Of a stretch of 64,000 nt of DNA, positions 52,661 to 64,000 are shown piece by piece; the stretch's first letter is position 1; each line of letters begins with the position of its first letter. This stretch comes from Octopus vulgaris. Its lineage: Eukaryota. The notes below the pieces were generated by a model that did no database searches, was not told where the DNA came from, and saw nothing but the letters and a program-made list of their open reading frames with translations. Made by a program: the position numbers and the translations under genes. The DNA is taken from contig OX597814.1 of the NCBI GenBank assembly GCA_951406725.2, positions 122,636,001 to 122,700,000 on the forward strand, in the 5' to 3' direction.

Positions 52661-52943
52661 TACATTATTTACATTCGACGGCTATTTGCCCACGGTCATA
52701 TGGCCTTATGGTTAAGAGCACGAGCTACTAACCCTAAGATTCCGAATTCGATTCCAAGCAGTGACCTGAACACTAACAATAATAATAATAATAATAATAA
52801 CATCGAAAAATACCTTAGGAATGAGAACCCAGGTTCGAAATTTCCCCAAGACTCTTGATGAAGGCTGGAGGGTATATCAGCGGAAACTTTGTGTTAACAA
52901 CAAACAAGATGAAGACAAATATCCGTCAAATGTAAATAATGTA
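52661..52943 (+). mobile_element. tRNA-headed element with decayed hammerhead core and 28-bp terminal inverted repeats
   Basis: A/B boxes at about 52700-52755; TTGATGA-AGGCTG…CAGCG-GAAAC at 52855-52887; 52661-52688 inverted at 52916-52943. Confidence 0.6.
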
Positions 52944-53522
52944 AATAATGGTGTTAATTTGATTAAACGTAGTAGCTTGTCAATTTTTATCAATCCCTAC
53001 CAAGGAGCTTGAGAGCTAGAAGTAATACTTCCTTAAGTGGACTCCCGTACTACTAAAAAAAGGCAACTAAATCTATACACCCAAAATTATACCCTACCGT
53101 CTTCAGATAGGAAGGACACATTGGATAATATAACCACTATAACTAGAAGACAGACAGGATAGTCATGGCTGGAATGCTTTTGATGAAAGGTCTACACGCA
53201 CAACGCTGATTCGAGACTAAATAATAACAACAATAGAAATTTCAACAACAACAACGAGAGCCAACTCAACAACTGCAATGATAGATAGCCACCTTCACAA
53301 CAACAACGATAGCAACTTCATATCCAAGATAAAATTGGAATGATCTAGGCACTTGAAACAACATAAGAACATTGGTTTCCCAATCACGATACCAAATACT
53401 AATAGGAATATAAGAAAATTCCTCATTAAAAGTTATAAACGTTGAGCAGAATCATTTTTTAAATTCTGACAGACACACAAGCGCGCACGCACATATATAC
53501 ATATATACATATATACTTATAC

Positions 53523-53553
<31 letters not shown>

Positions 53554-53589
53554 TATATATATAAATATATATATATATGTATGTATGTA

Positions 53590-53622
<33 letters not shown>

Positions 53623-53844
53623 TAGTGTGTGTTTACGTACCAGATCTTCCTTTTAAAGAAATTTATTAAACGGTCGAATGAATCTTATTTCAATAATCTT
53701 ATATTCTTCTTTTTCCATTTTGCGTAATTCCTTGCTAACTTTTTTTTCCGAGGAAGTACTGTATATAAAGTAAATTAAGTAGATACTTATCAATACTCTC
53801 TGGAAATACTTATTTATCCAAGAAAATGGTTATTTATTCAACGA

Positions 53845-53893
<49 letters not shown>

Positions 53894-53922
53894 ACTATAT
53901 ACATACATATATACATAGAAGT

Positions 53923-53969
<47 letters not shown>

Positions 53970-54779
53970 AATATATACATAAATATATACATAAAAGTAC
54001 AAATATATAGGTATACATATACATATATATATATATATATATACTTTCACACACAGACATAATTATGCATGTGTGTGTCTGTTTATATGTTTGTGCCAGC
54101 ATGATTAAATGCTTCCGTGTATATGAGTGTGTGTGTTTGTCTCTATGGTGTGTATATTCGGAGACAAGTAGACAGTATTAGAAATTATCTGCAGCAGCTG
54201 TAAATTTCTTCATTAGAAAAATGTTTTGATATTTGTTCATCTCTTTCAGCCACATATTTGTTTTATGTATCATTTTTCTTACTTTTCTTGCGTTTTTGTA
54301 CGTTTCTTACTTTCTATATTTCCCTTGTGATTTTCCAGATGACACAGACTTACCAAATATGGTAAAATTATAGAACTGATGCTACAAGAAATTAAACAAA
54401 CATATATTTCTATAGTAATGTCTAAAGAAACATAATTAAATATAACAACGAACAATCCGATGTAACAGTTCTAAGTTGTGTGACCTTTAGATATTATTGA
54501 TGAAACTAGGGATTTGAAATTATTAGAAATGTGGTGTTTTGTCATTCGAGAATTTCTCACTAATAATAACTATTTGATAAAAATATCAACCGAGAATTGA
54601 AACCGAGTTCAACTAGCAAACACAGCTACAATAAAACACATAGTCTGTCTTTCATAGAATTCGCCTTTGGATTTGTTGGGAAAGTAAAGTAGAATTTTAG
54701 GACTATGAAAATAGATCCCATAAATTTATTATACATTTTTGTTATTATTTAGAATAAGCAGTAATGACTTTCTCAGGCT

Positions 54780-55250
54780 CTATATCAGGCTAACGGCATT
54801 AATACATCTGATGAAAGTTACGTGAATGGAAAGAAGAACGTGTGTGATAGTTACTTGGAATTCCTTATACATAAAATAACTGTTGCTTCCCTTGATCACA
54901 ACTTGCATAAGGTTTTTTTTATTCATTGCTCAATTTCCAAGTTCCACATCATGTCACAACGTTGTAGAAGGGAAAATTGAAATTGTATGACGACTGTCAG
55001 TTTCTTAGAGACATTAAGAGATAAAATGGGATGGATTTGGTGGTTCTAACTTAGAATCAGAATTATGCTCGCTGACTAGATGCACTATAAATTGGCTTCA
55101 TGTTCTATATTCTTCGCTACGTTGAAATCAAACATCACTATCATTTTTAATTTTATTTTATATTGAATTTCCTGAACAATTTCATCGTTCGTTATAGGGT
55201 GTCCAACAACGCAATAATCATTTGGCTCACTGCATTTGTGACGTAAGACC
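54780..55250 (-). pseudogene. Decayed iGluR/IR-like S2 + M4 segment
   Basis: EIVQEI…MIVMFD…*C…LLQRCDMMWNLEIEQ*IKKTLC then FMYKEFQVTITHVLLSI; possible M3 upstream at about 56.2-56.35 kb (FPRKTSKSKIVF…). Confidence 0.4.
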
Positions 55251-55516
55251 TGTTTGTTGGCACAAAATACATAAATGTGCACACACACACAGCACGCACA
55301 AATATACGATATCTGATATTCAGAACAGAGGTCAGTCGATATCATTGGTTCCAACACTTGGCTATTACTGTATTATTTCGAACCCAATACTTGAATGGTA
55401 CTTTGGTCTTTGACTCCGATAGAAAAGATAATGAAGATCACCTCGGTTTGGGTTGGAATCGTAACGCGAAGAGTCAAAATAAATACTATAGTTCACTTTT
55501 TCCTGACGCTCTAACG

Positions 55517-55583
<67 letters not shown>

Positions 55584-55660
55584 TTCTATCTCACACACAT
55601 ACAGATATATGTCTATATATGAATATATATATATATATTTGTTTGTGTGTGTGTGTGCGT

Positions 55661-55984
55661 GTGTGGAAGCGCAATGACCCAGTAGTTAGGGCAGCGGACC
55701 TCGCGGTCGGAGGATCGCGGTTTCGATTCCCAGCCCGGGCGTTGTGTGTTTTTATTGAGCGAAAATACCTAAAGCTCCACGAGGCTCCGGCAGTACAACA
55801 GGGGTCGCCACCACCCCTGTTGTACTCTTTCACCCCAACTTTCTCTCGCTCTTTCTTCCTGTTTCTTGAGTAACGCTGCGATGGACTGGCGTACCGTCCA
55901 GCTGGGGGGAACACATACGCCATAGAAACCGGGAAACCGTGAAACCGGGCCCATGAGCCTGGCTAGGCTTCAAAAGGGCGCACA

Positions 55985-55990
<6 letters not shown>
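55661..55990 (+). mobile_element. SINE sharing the family C 3' module but with a different head and body
   Basis: B box gtttcgattccc; 14-bp hairpin agtacaacaggggt/acccctgttgtact; gcgatggactggcg…catgagcctggctaggc tail. Confidence 0.85.
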
Positions 55991-56035
<45 letters not shown>

Positions 56036-56725
56036 CATATATATGTGTATATATGGCTCTATTGACGTTATCTCTGTCCAATGGCAGTTGAAAGAGTTTC
56101 CTGTTTATGTTGACTAATATATTTCTAATTTATGCAATGAATTATATTTAAAAGCTGCTGACAATCATCAGTTGGTCCAGAAATGTTGATTCACTTAAAA
56201 TTGCTACATCCAAAGCATCCAAAATCTAATTCATAAAGAGCTTCATAAAATGCACAAAAATAAAAAAAAACAGCATAAAAAAATCTAAAATACTATTTTA
56301 CTCTTAGAAGTTTTTCTGGGGAAACAAGCTTTTTTTCTTTCTTTTTCCCCAAACCTGTATTATTCATTTACATAATTACTCTAAATAAATTAGTTTTCTA
56401 ATCAGCAACTTTTTTTCTGATGTCCACTGATATGCGTGCTGGTATAAATATTCTTAATTTTTTTTCACTGCAGTAGTAACAAGAACAGCTACCCGGAAGA
56501 CATCACATAGTTAATCGAGGTACATCCCTCCAAAGATGTGCCTCTGCTCAGAATTTTAGCTACCCCAACGCAAAGACTGTGGCTTACAACAGGAAACATA
56601 CCAAGATATATATTTATTGTTGCATATTTATATATGTTTATATATGTTTAATGTATGTATAGAGATAGATAGATAGATGGATAAATAGATAGAGAGAGAG
56701 AGATAGAAAAATAGATATATAGATG

Positions 56726-56781
<56 letters not shown>

Positions 56782-56784
56782 TTT

Positions 56785-57085
56785 CTTATCTTTTTTACTT
56801 ATTTCATCATTGAACTGCGGTCATGCAGGGGCACCATCTTAAAGGCACCATCTTTTGCCGAACCACTAAGTTACGAAGACGTGAACAAACCAACACCGGT
56901 TGTCAAACGATAATGATTGACAAACACGGACACAAAATACACACACATAAAAATATGCACAGCGGGCTTTCACACAGTCTTCGTCTACCAAATTCCCTCA
57001 CTGGTTGGCCTGGGACTATATTAGAAGCGATTTATACAAGATGCTAAGCAGTGAGGATGTACCCGAAACCAAGTGGTTACAAAGC
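56785..57085 (-). mobile_element. Diverged SINE family A-like copy
   Basis: ttttgccgaaccactaagttacg…caacaccggttgtcaa…cgtctaccaaatt. Confidence 0.7.
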
Positions 57086-58279
57086 AACGATCAATTTCGT
57101 GATAAAGTAGGAGTGATATTCCAAGTGACATGATCGAATCTCGTAACGCGTCGTTGAAAAGCGAAATTCTTAACTACGTAGTCATGGGCTCGAATAAGAA
57201 CCGAAACCGGGATCGATCTCTCAGCCGGCATATAGGTTATACTCAAGGTTTTAATCAAATATTTAAATTTGGTTCCAGCAGAAAGGAGCCAACAAGAGTT
57301 TTCAATTTTAAAACCATTAATTTTCAGAGAAAGAGAAAATATTAAAAAAAAAAAGAAGAAAAAATATTATTAACAAGAAGAAATAAAGACAACAAAATTA
57401 ACTTTCTATTTTTTCATATTAAATTCATGCAGAGTCTTACCGGATCTTGTATGGTCTGACAATTAATAAATTTTTAAAATTATTTTTTTGTATTATATTA
57501 TTTTCTTTCATTAGTGAAATTGTTGTGTTTGTTGTTTTGTTAATATTAAAATATGCTCGATTGAAAGTATTTTTAAAATAAAAATGATACAACGAAAAAG
57601 AAATAAATAAATAATAAAGAGAAATGAATATAAAAATTGCGATCAATCTTTATGTTTCTGCTGTTGTTGTTACTGTTGTTGTTGTTGTTGTTCTAGTTGT
57701 ATTTTAATTATTTTGATGACATAAAACAGTTTTCGAAACCTGAAGAATTCTTCATCATATTCCATAACATCATAGTTTTGGTTTTAATTTCTCTTCTGAC
57801 CAAAGAATCTTCTTCCTAGACAAATTCATCATGGAGATTTTAATTTGATAATTTAATTTCTGCCTGATATAATTGGCTGAGATATCTAAATAGAGTAAGA
57901 CGACAAGTAATAAACAGACATAGCTGTTTATTGAAAGTAGTTAATGATGCATATATACACTTATGTGCTGTATATATGTGCACAAACTCACACGCACACA
58001 CACACACACATATATATATATATAGTGATTTGACTGCGACCATGCTGGAGCACCGCCTTTAGTCGAACAAAACTAACACAGAACTTATTCTTTGTAAGCC
58101 TAATACTTATTCTATCGAAATCTTTTGCCAAACCGCTAATTTACGGGGACGTAAAGACACCAACATCGAGCATCAAGCGATGGTCGGAGGACAGACATAC
58201 ACACACGAATACATACATTATGAATACATACACACACATACACACACACGCACACACACACACACATATATATATACAT

Positions 58280-58329
<50 letters not shown>

Positions 58330-58334
<5 letters not shown>

Positions 58335-58540
58335 ATCCAAACATGAAAAACACAAAGAGAAAACACAACAACGCGAGGACGTGGAATAGTGTTATTGGAC
58401 GGTTAGGAAAGGAAAGAAAGAAGGGGAATTTAACGTTTCGAGCGGAGCTCTTCGTCAGAAACATAGAAAAAGGAAAGGTCCAAGGAAGGGAAAACGGAGA
58501 AAGAAAATCGCCAACGATACAGACGCGCTCACATATTGAA
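58330..58540 (-). mobile_element. Penelope-like pLTR relic
   Basis: Homologous to 24143-24345 and to the stub at 59371-59400; contains a hammerhead core. Confidence 0.7.
58428..58462 (-). ncRNA. Minimal type I hammerhead ribozyme (putative)
   Basis: GUUU-CUGACGA-A-GAGC-UCC-GCUC-GAAAC-GUU-AAAU: intact core, 4-bp stem II, palindromic ACGU stem III, short stem I. Confidence 0.7.
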
Positions 58541-59234
58541 CTCATATATGAGTTTCCGTCTTTCAGTTTCCGGCTACCAAATCCACTCACAAGGATTTCA
58601 TCGGCCCGAGGCAATAGTAGAAGACATTTCTGCCATGGGGCCATGCAGTGGGACTGAACCCGGAACCATGTTGTTTGAAAGCAAACTTCTTTCCACACAG
58701 CCGCCCTTTGTGGTTCAATGCAAATAAAGGCGGCTACAACAACCGAGAAAGGGCGAAACGCAAAATAAAACAAGTGAAACCTGTTGGTTACCCTCTGTGC
58801 TTTTCTCCATCCCCAGTCATCTTGACCTTGTCTTACCACTGGAATGCAGATGAACATGGACGAAAAGGTAAGGTTGAAGGAATAAGGGTATGCAAAATCT
58901 TCTTCACTTAAAACAAAGGGGCAAATTATCAGTCATCTTCAAGAATGATCCATGTCGCTCCGACGGACGAACATGTAATACATATAAATATATACGTGTT
59001 GCGTGTATATGCGCGCGCGTGTGTATATGTATGGATGGATGGTGAGTAAAGGTGTGGAGTGAAGTGAAAGCTTTCAAGAAACCAGGATGACCAATGCGAA
59101 ACGCAAAAGTAATTTAAAGAAAAATGCTACGATCAACGAGAAAATGAATCTCAACTACCTTTTTTGCGTGCACAGTTTCTGAGAAATCATGCCTTTCTTT
59201 TGATGACCCTTGAAAAACGAACCTCTAACAACTA

Positions 59235-59365
59235 CTTTTATTTCTTTGCTACCCACAGGGGGCTACACACAAATGGGACAAACAAGGACAGACAGACAGA
59301 TTAAGTCGATCCCAGTGCGTAACTGGTACTTATTTAATCGACCCCGAAAGGATGAAAGGCAAAGT
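59235..59365 (-). mobile_element. Family B SINE, 3' half
   Basis: tatttctttgctacccac…cgaccccgaaaggatgaaaggcaaagt. Confidence 0.8.
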
Positions 59366-59397
59366 TATATATAGTTAATCCAAACATGAAAACACAA

Positions 59398-59526
<129 letters not shown>

Positions 59527-60168
59527 CATACACGCATACATACACACATGCTCACATACATGCGTATTTATGTATGCGTGTGTGCGCATGTGAGTGGTAT
59601 GTGTGTGAGTGTGTGTATTCCTGTATGTATATATGTGTGTATGTATATATATATATTATTGCGTATGTATATATATATGTATCTATCTATCTATCTATAT
59701 ATATATATATATATATATATATGGTTGTATTTATACACATAAAAGGAACTAAAGATCTCTATCTCATATTGCAAGTTCCAGGAATATTGGATTACCAGAA
59801 TCTCTCTTCTCAAAGGCAGTGACCACATCTAAGGCTACAAACTTTTGATAGGGGGAAATTGCAATGTTGTTATACCCGGGATATTTAGAGTATATTAATA
59901 ATAAAATAGAAAGGGATATAGCTGTAACTGGGAATCGAAACAGCAGTACATAATGACTTGTATCTTCAGAATCTTATCTCTTATTCCACATCACTTCTTT
60001 GTGAGCATAAGTTTAGCGAAGCAAAATGTTCCGGCGCTATAAAACTAAAAGGTTTTCTGAGCTGTAGATTTGACAAGAGAGAAAATAAAACACAACACAC
60101 CTATATAGTGATATACATGTAAATGTGATATATACACGCACACATGCACACATGCATATATATATACA

Positions 60169-60205
<37 letters not shown>

Positions 60206-60213
60206 ATACATAC

Positions 60214-60279
<66 letters not shown>

Positions 60280-60702
60280 CTCTCACTTTGAAAGGTATGC
60301 TTTTGTAGTCCAGGCACAGGAAATAAAATACATGATGCATAAAAGGAATAGGGATGCAAGTAAACACCTCGATATGACAACTGATGCAGACTGTGAATTT
60401 AACACCCAAGAATTAATTCGTATTGTAAGCAACTCTCCGAAAATGTCATCGCGATACTATCTTCCAATGAAGCACGGTGTAGTGTCAAAAACATCATGCA
60501 TTGCAAGCCATAGCAATTATACTGAAGATAACAATATATAAATATTGCAGTGTTGTAGAGGGAATATTTCCCCATTATATCAAAGAAAATTTGTCAGGTG
60601 TTCCCGTCAAAAGCTCAAGAAAATATAGGCGTAACAAACCCGATGTGATGATCGGTACAGAGTAACTCCATTATAAGCATGGAACTATGAAAACAGCTAA
60701 AA

Positions 60703-61050
60703 TTGGGTTGTCCGGAAAGTTGTGCCGATTTTTTAAAGGAAAGAAAAAGGTCAATAAATACGTGCCATTACATTTTTAATCAATCAAAAATGAACCATTT
60801 TGTTGCACAATGCGTCTCCATCTTTCCTTTAACTTGAAAATATCCACTTCCCAGTATTGAGGTGGTTTCATGGCAAAGAATTCATCAAGGTATCTTTTTA
60901 CGTCATCGAAGGAATTGAAATATTTACCATTAAGACTATCCTGCAGAGACCTGAATAAGTGGACATCAGAAGGAGCAACATCTGGTTAATATGGAGGGTG
61001 GGATAGCACATCCCAGCCGAGCTGCAGCAATTTTTGTCTGGTTCCCAAAG
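60703..61050 (-). mobile_element. Mariner 3' fragment with one TIR
   Basis: ttgggttgtccggaaagt TIR; LGWDVLSHPPY*PDVAPSDVHLFRSL…KLKERWRRIVQQNG. Confidence 0.88.
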
Positions 61051-61160
61051 CATCAAATGCACTTACATATATGCACACTAATGTAACTAACTTCTATCTT
61101 TAATAAGTAAAGTTTCGTGGCAAACGTATACATGTTGCTGTAAAGATGTAGTTATAAACT

Positions 61161-61379
61161 GCTACAACTGACACTTTCGTGTCAATGAAGGAACTTCAGT
61201 CTCTCAAGTTGCTAGAAATAGCAGCTAAATGTTCACAAATTGTACTCTACCGTCTTTAGAAAAGTTAGTGCTACAGCTGACACGAAAGTGTCAATGAGGG
61301 AACTTCAGGCTCTCAAGTTGCTAGAAATAGCAGCTACATTTTCACAAATTGTACTCTACCGTCTTTAGAAAATCTAGTG
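61161..61379. repeat. 109-bp tandem duplication
   Basis: gctaca…accgtctttagaaaa occurs twice. Confidence 0.9.
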
Positions 61380-63454
61380 TACATTGAATAATACTGTCCT
61401 CGATAAACTATGTACGAAATAATAAAGTGAAAATTGTCACGGATGAAATAACTTTCATTGGAATTCAACGACAAAAGCAACAGCAAATACAACAACAACA
61501 GTTGTAGCGTTTACTTTCCATTACGCAGTACAGTCTGAATCATCTCTGTAGTCTTTGGTATTTTATTAGCATAACAAACCTACTAAAAGCTGAAATAATA
61601 AAATAGTCACATGTACCATTGGCCAGAATCTAATGTTTTCAAATAGCTCAAAAGATCGTAAATGCAATTCATTTCACAATTTCAATTACAGTGAAAGCAG
61701 AGTTGATTTCTCTGTTTAAACTGACATTTTATTAAAATCGTTTTGTTAGAGGAAAATTGTTCTGCATACATAAACAAATTGGTGTCCCCTTGAAAAATAG
61801 CAGATGGAAAGATAAATTCTGAAACGAAGAATTAAGATCTAACAGAGTTACTATGTCGATTTAGTGCCTTTGTTAGGAAATTACTAATTTATTGTCTTCT
61901 GAAAAGGTAACAAAAATAAGGGGAATATCAAATAAAATCTTCGTTGTTTCATGTTTAGAAAAAGTCTAACCTAACATTAATAGAGGCTGGGGGATACGCA
62001 AATTTAGTAGTTCGGACACAAAAGATTTGCGATTTCAATACAGTTGGAGATTGTAAGAACAATGTTCCTTGCAAGATACATATATTCCGTGTAGGAAGTT
62101 CTCAGCGTAATTAAAATAGAATTCACATGCGAAAATATCTGAATACCAATAAACGTGAATAAAAGCTGTGTTATTACAAAAGAATTTTACTGCTTGCTTA
62201 GTGTTTTTGAAGCGATTTTTATTTTCATCCTTTTGAAAGAATTACATTCAAAGGAAAATTATTTCGTAACTCAGTATTGTTTGCCAGCATCTTTGTCGCG
62301 TAGCTTAGACAATTTCAGAACAAACATTGTGTATGCTGAGGTTAAAGAAAAATATTTTATTCAAAGAAATTACTAATGAAAGCTTATTGAATATTCAGAA
62401 AATAGCAACTGTGAATATTGCTCGATATTGTTTAGAAGGCTCCATATACCTTAATAACATTTGCTAGTTTTATTACACATATTGTACTATTTCCCTTTTG
62501 TAGAAAGCCCTCATAATTTTACTTCGTTATTGCTTTATTTCACTACATTTCTCTAGAGGCCATAGAATGCTGGGACAATAACAATGATCAACTCATTAAA
62601 GGCAGCAACGCAGAAATCGGCCAAAGCAATACAACATGAGAGATCTGTAATAAATGTGATAAGGAAACTTCTGAAACTTTAATCAAAGATATCTCAGAAT
62701 ATGAATAAACAAGGAGAAAACGATAAGATTTTCAGATTAATTTGATTTCAATCATAGATTCGTGGAGATTGTATCAACAAACGAGCAACTAAATGAGGAT
62801 AACATTCAAAATGATTTCTCTCATAAAAATGTATATGAATTCAATAGGGAGCAAGAAGCTTTTGTTTTTAACACACATGGCAATATTCGAAATAATTGCA
62901 TGAAATCCCTGACGGTATTAATTCAGTACAAATTACAATATTACGTCAGTATTCAAAGCAACTGGTATGTTGAGACAGTTGACATCTCTCACAATGTCTT
63001 TTTCATACTCTGCCATGAAAACCCTGTTTTAGTTACATGAAACCTATCTACAATTAAAGTAGTACCATTGGGAGGATTAATATATGGTTTGTATTATTAT
63101 TTTGTCTTTTTAGTCGAACGATGGACAAAGGACAAAGCCAAATACTGTTGTTGGCGCTTCATTCGGCAACGTTTATAGACCTTCATTCTAGTAATAGGGA
63201 AAACAGAAGCAGTTTATTGAAAGGATACAACAAGCAGAAATTAAAGAGTATACGTGTGAAGTATAGATGAAATATTTGGTGAATAGATCTGTATACCAAC
63301 GCCGTTGTTTCGTATTTAGTCACGAATTTTTGAGCAGCATATATATGTGTGTGTGTGTATGAATATACATGCACGTATATGTGTATATGTATATACCATA
63401 TAACTGTATATATATATATCTGTGTGTGTGTGTGTAATCTTTTATTCTTCTATC

Positions 63455-63780
63455 CTCTTATTTGTTTGTCATTTGACTGCGGCCATGCTGGAACGCCGCT
63501 TTCAGTCGAACAAATCGATCCCAGGACTTATTCCTTGTAAGCCTAGTACTTATTCAATCGGTTTCTTTTGCCAAACCGCTAAGTTACACACTAATATCTG
63601 TTGTCATGCGACGGTGGGGGTGACAAACACACACACACACATACACACACACACATACACACGCACACATACATATATATATTTGACGGGCTTCATTCAG
63701 TTTCCGTCTACCAAATCCACTCACACTTTGGTCGGCCAGAGGCTATAGTAGAAGTCCCACTTGGGACTGAACACTTCGGG
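63455..63780 (-). mobile_element. SINE family A, partly deleted
   Basis: Reverse complement of the family A tail and body. Confidence 0.8.
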
Positions 63781-63798
63781 TTCAGTCCTTGTGCCTAG

Positions 63799-63843
<45 letters not shown>

Positions 63844-64000
63844 ATGTATACGTAGGTGTGTGTATATATATATCTATGCATGTATATGTATGTATGTTTG
63901 TATGTATGTATATAATTGTTGTTTAATTTCAAGATTACTTGCTAATAAAGAGCCGGTTTCTAACCTAGATTCTAGGATCATTCATAAGAATTTCAACATC

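Larger units (their letters stand above)
58025..58705 (-). mobile_element. SINE family A interrupted at its internal (TA)n by a Penelope-like relic
   Basis: Tail at 58025-58200, head at 58550-58705. Confidence 0.85.

Noticed and set aside
62762-63040. 92-aa plus-strand ORF as a host exon
   Set aside because: No recognisable motif. The minus strand here gives a stop-riddled frame that may be the receptor N-terminal domain, but it is too weak to call separately

Overview
AT-rich, microsatellite-dense eukaryotic DNA. It looks like an octopus/coleoid cephalopod genome, judged from the tRNA-derived SINE families and the (TA)n/(CA)n/(GATA)n density; this is an inference. No intact host gene is visible. 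The window opens inside a young Tx1/L1-type LINE on the minus strand (1-4800): ORF1 has a CCHC knuckle and one frameshift, ORF2 (APE+RT) appears open, the two ORFs overlap by ATGA, and the 5' end abuts a (GATA)n tract. It also holds a 5'-truncated CR1/L2-group LINE (39.0-41.8 kb), two full-length dead mariners plus fragments/MITEs, a non-autonomous Helitron, a hAT MITE and dozens of SINE copies of at least 4 families. Several short Penelope-like relics carry hammerhead-ribozyme cores and long inverted repeats, and some sit inside (TA)n tracts. The non-repeat DNA between these elements repeatedly translates on the minus strand into decayed pieces matching the S1-M1-M2-M3-S2-M4 layout of ionotropic glutamate receptor / IR proteins, some with canonical, phase-compatible splice sites. 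This suggests a tandem array of about 5-6 highly divergent, pseudogenised ionotropic-receptor genes spanning the window. That call rests on by-eye motif matching and needs an HMM check. Most ORFs in the supplied track are microsatellite artefacts.
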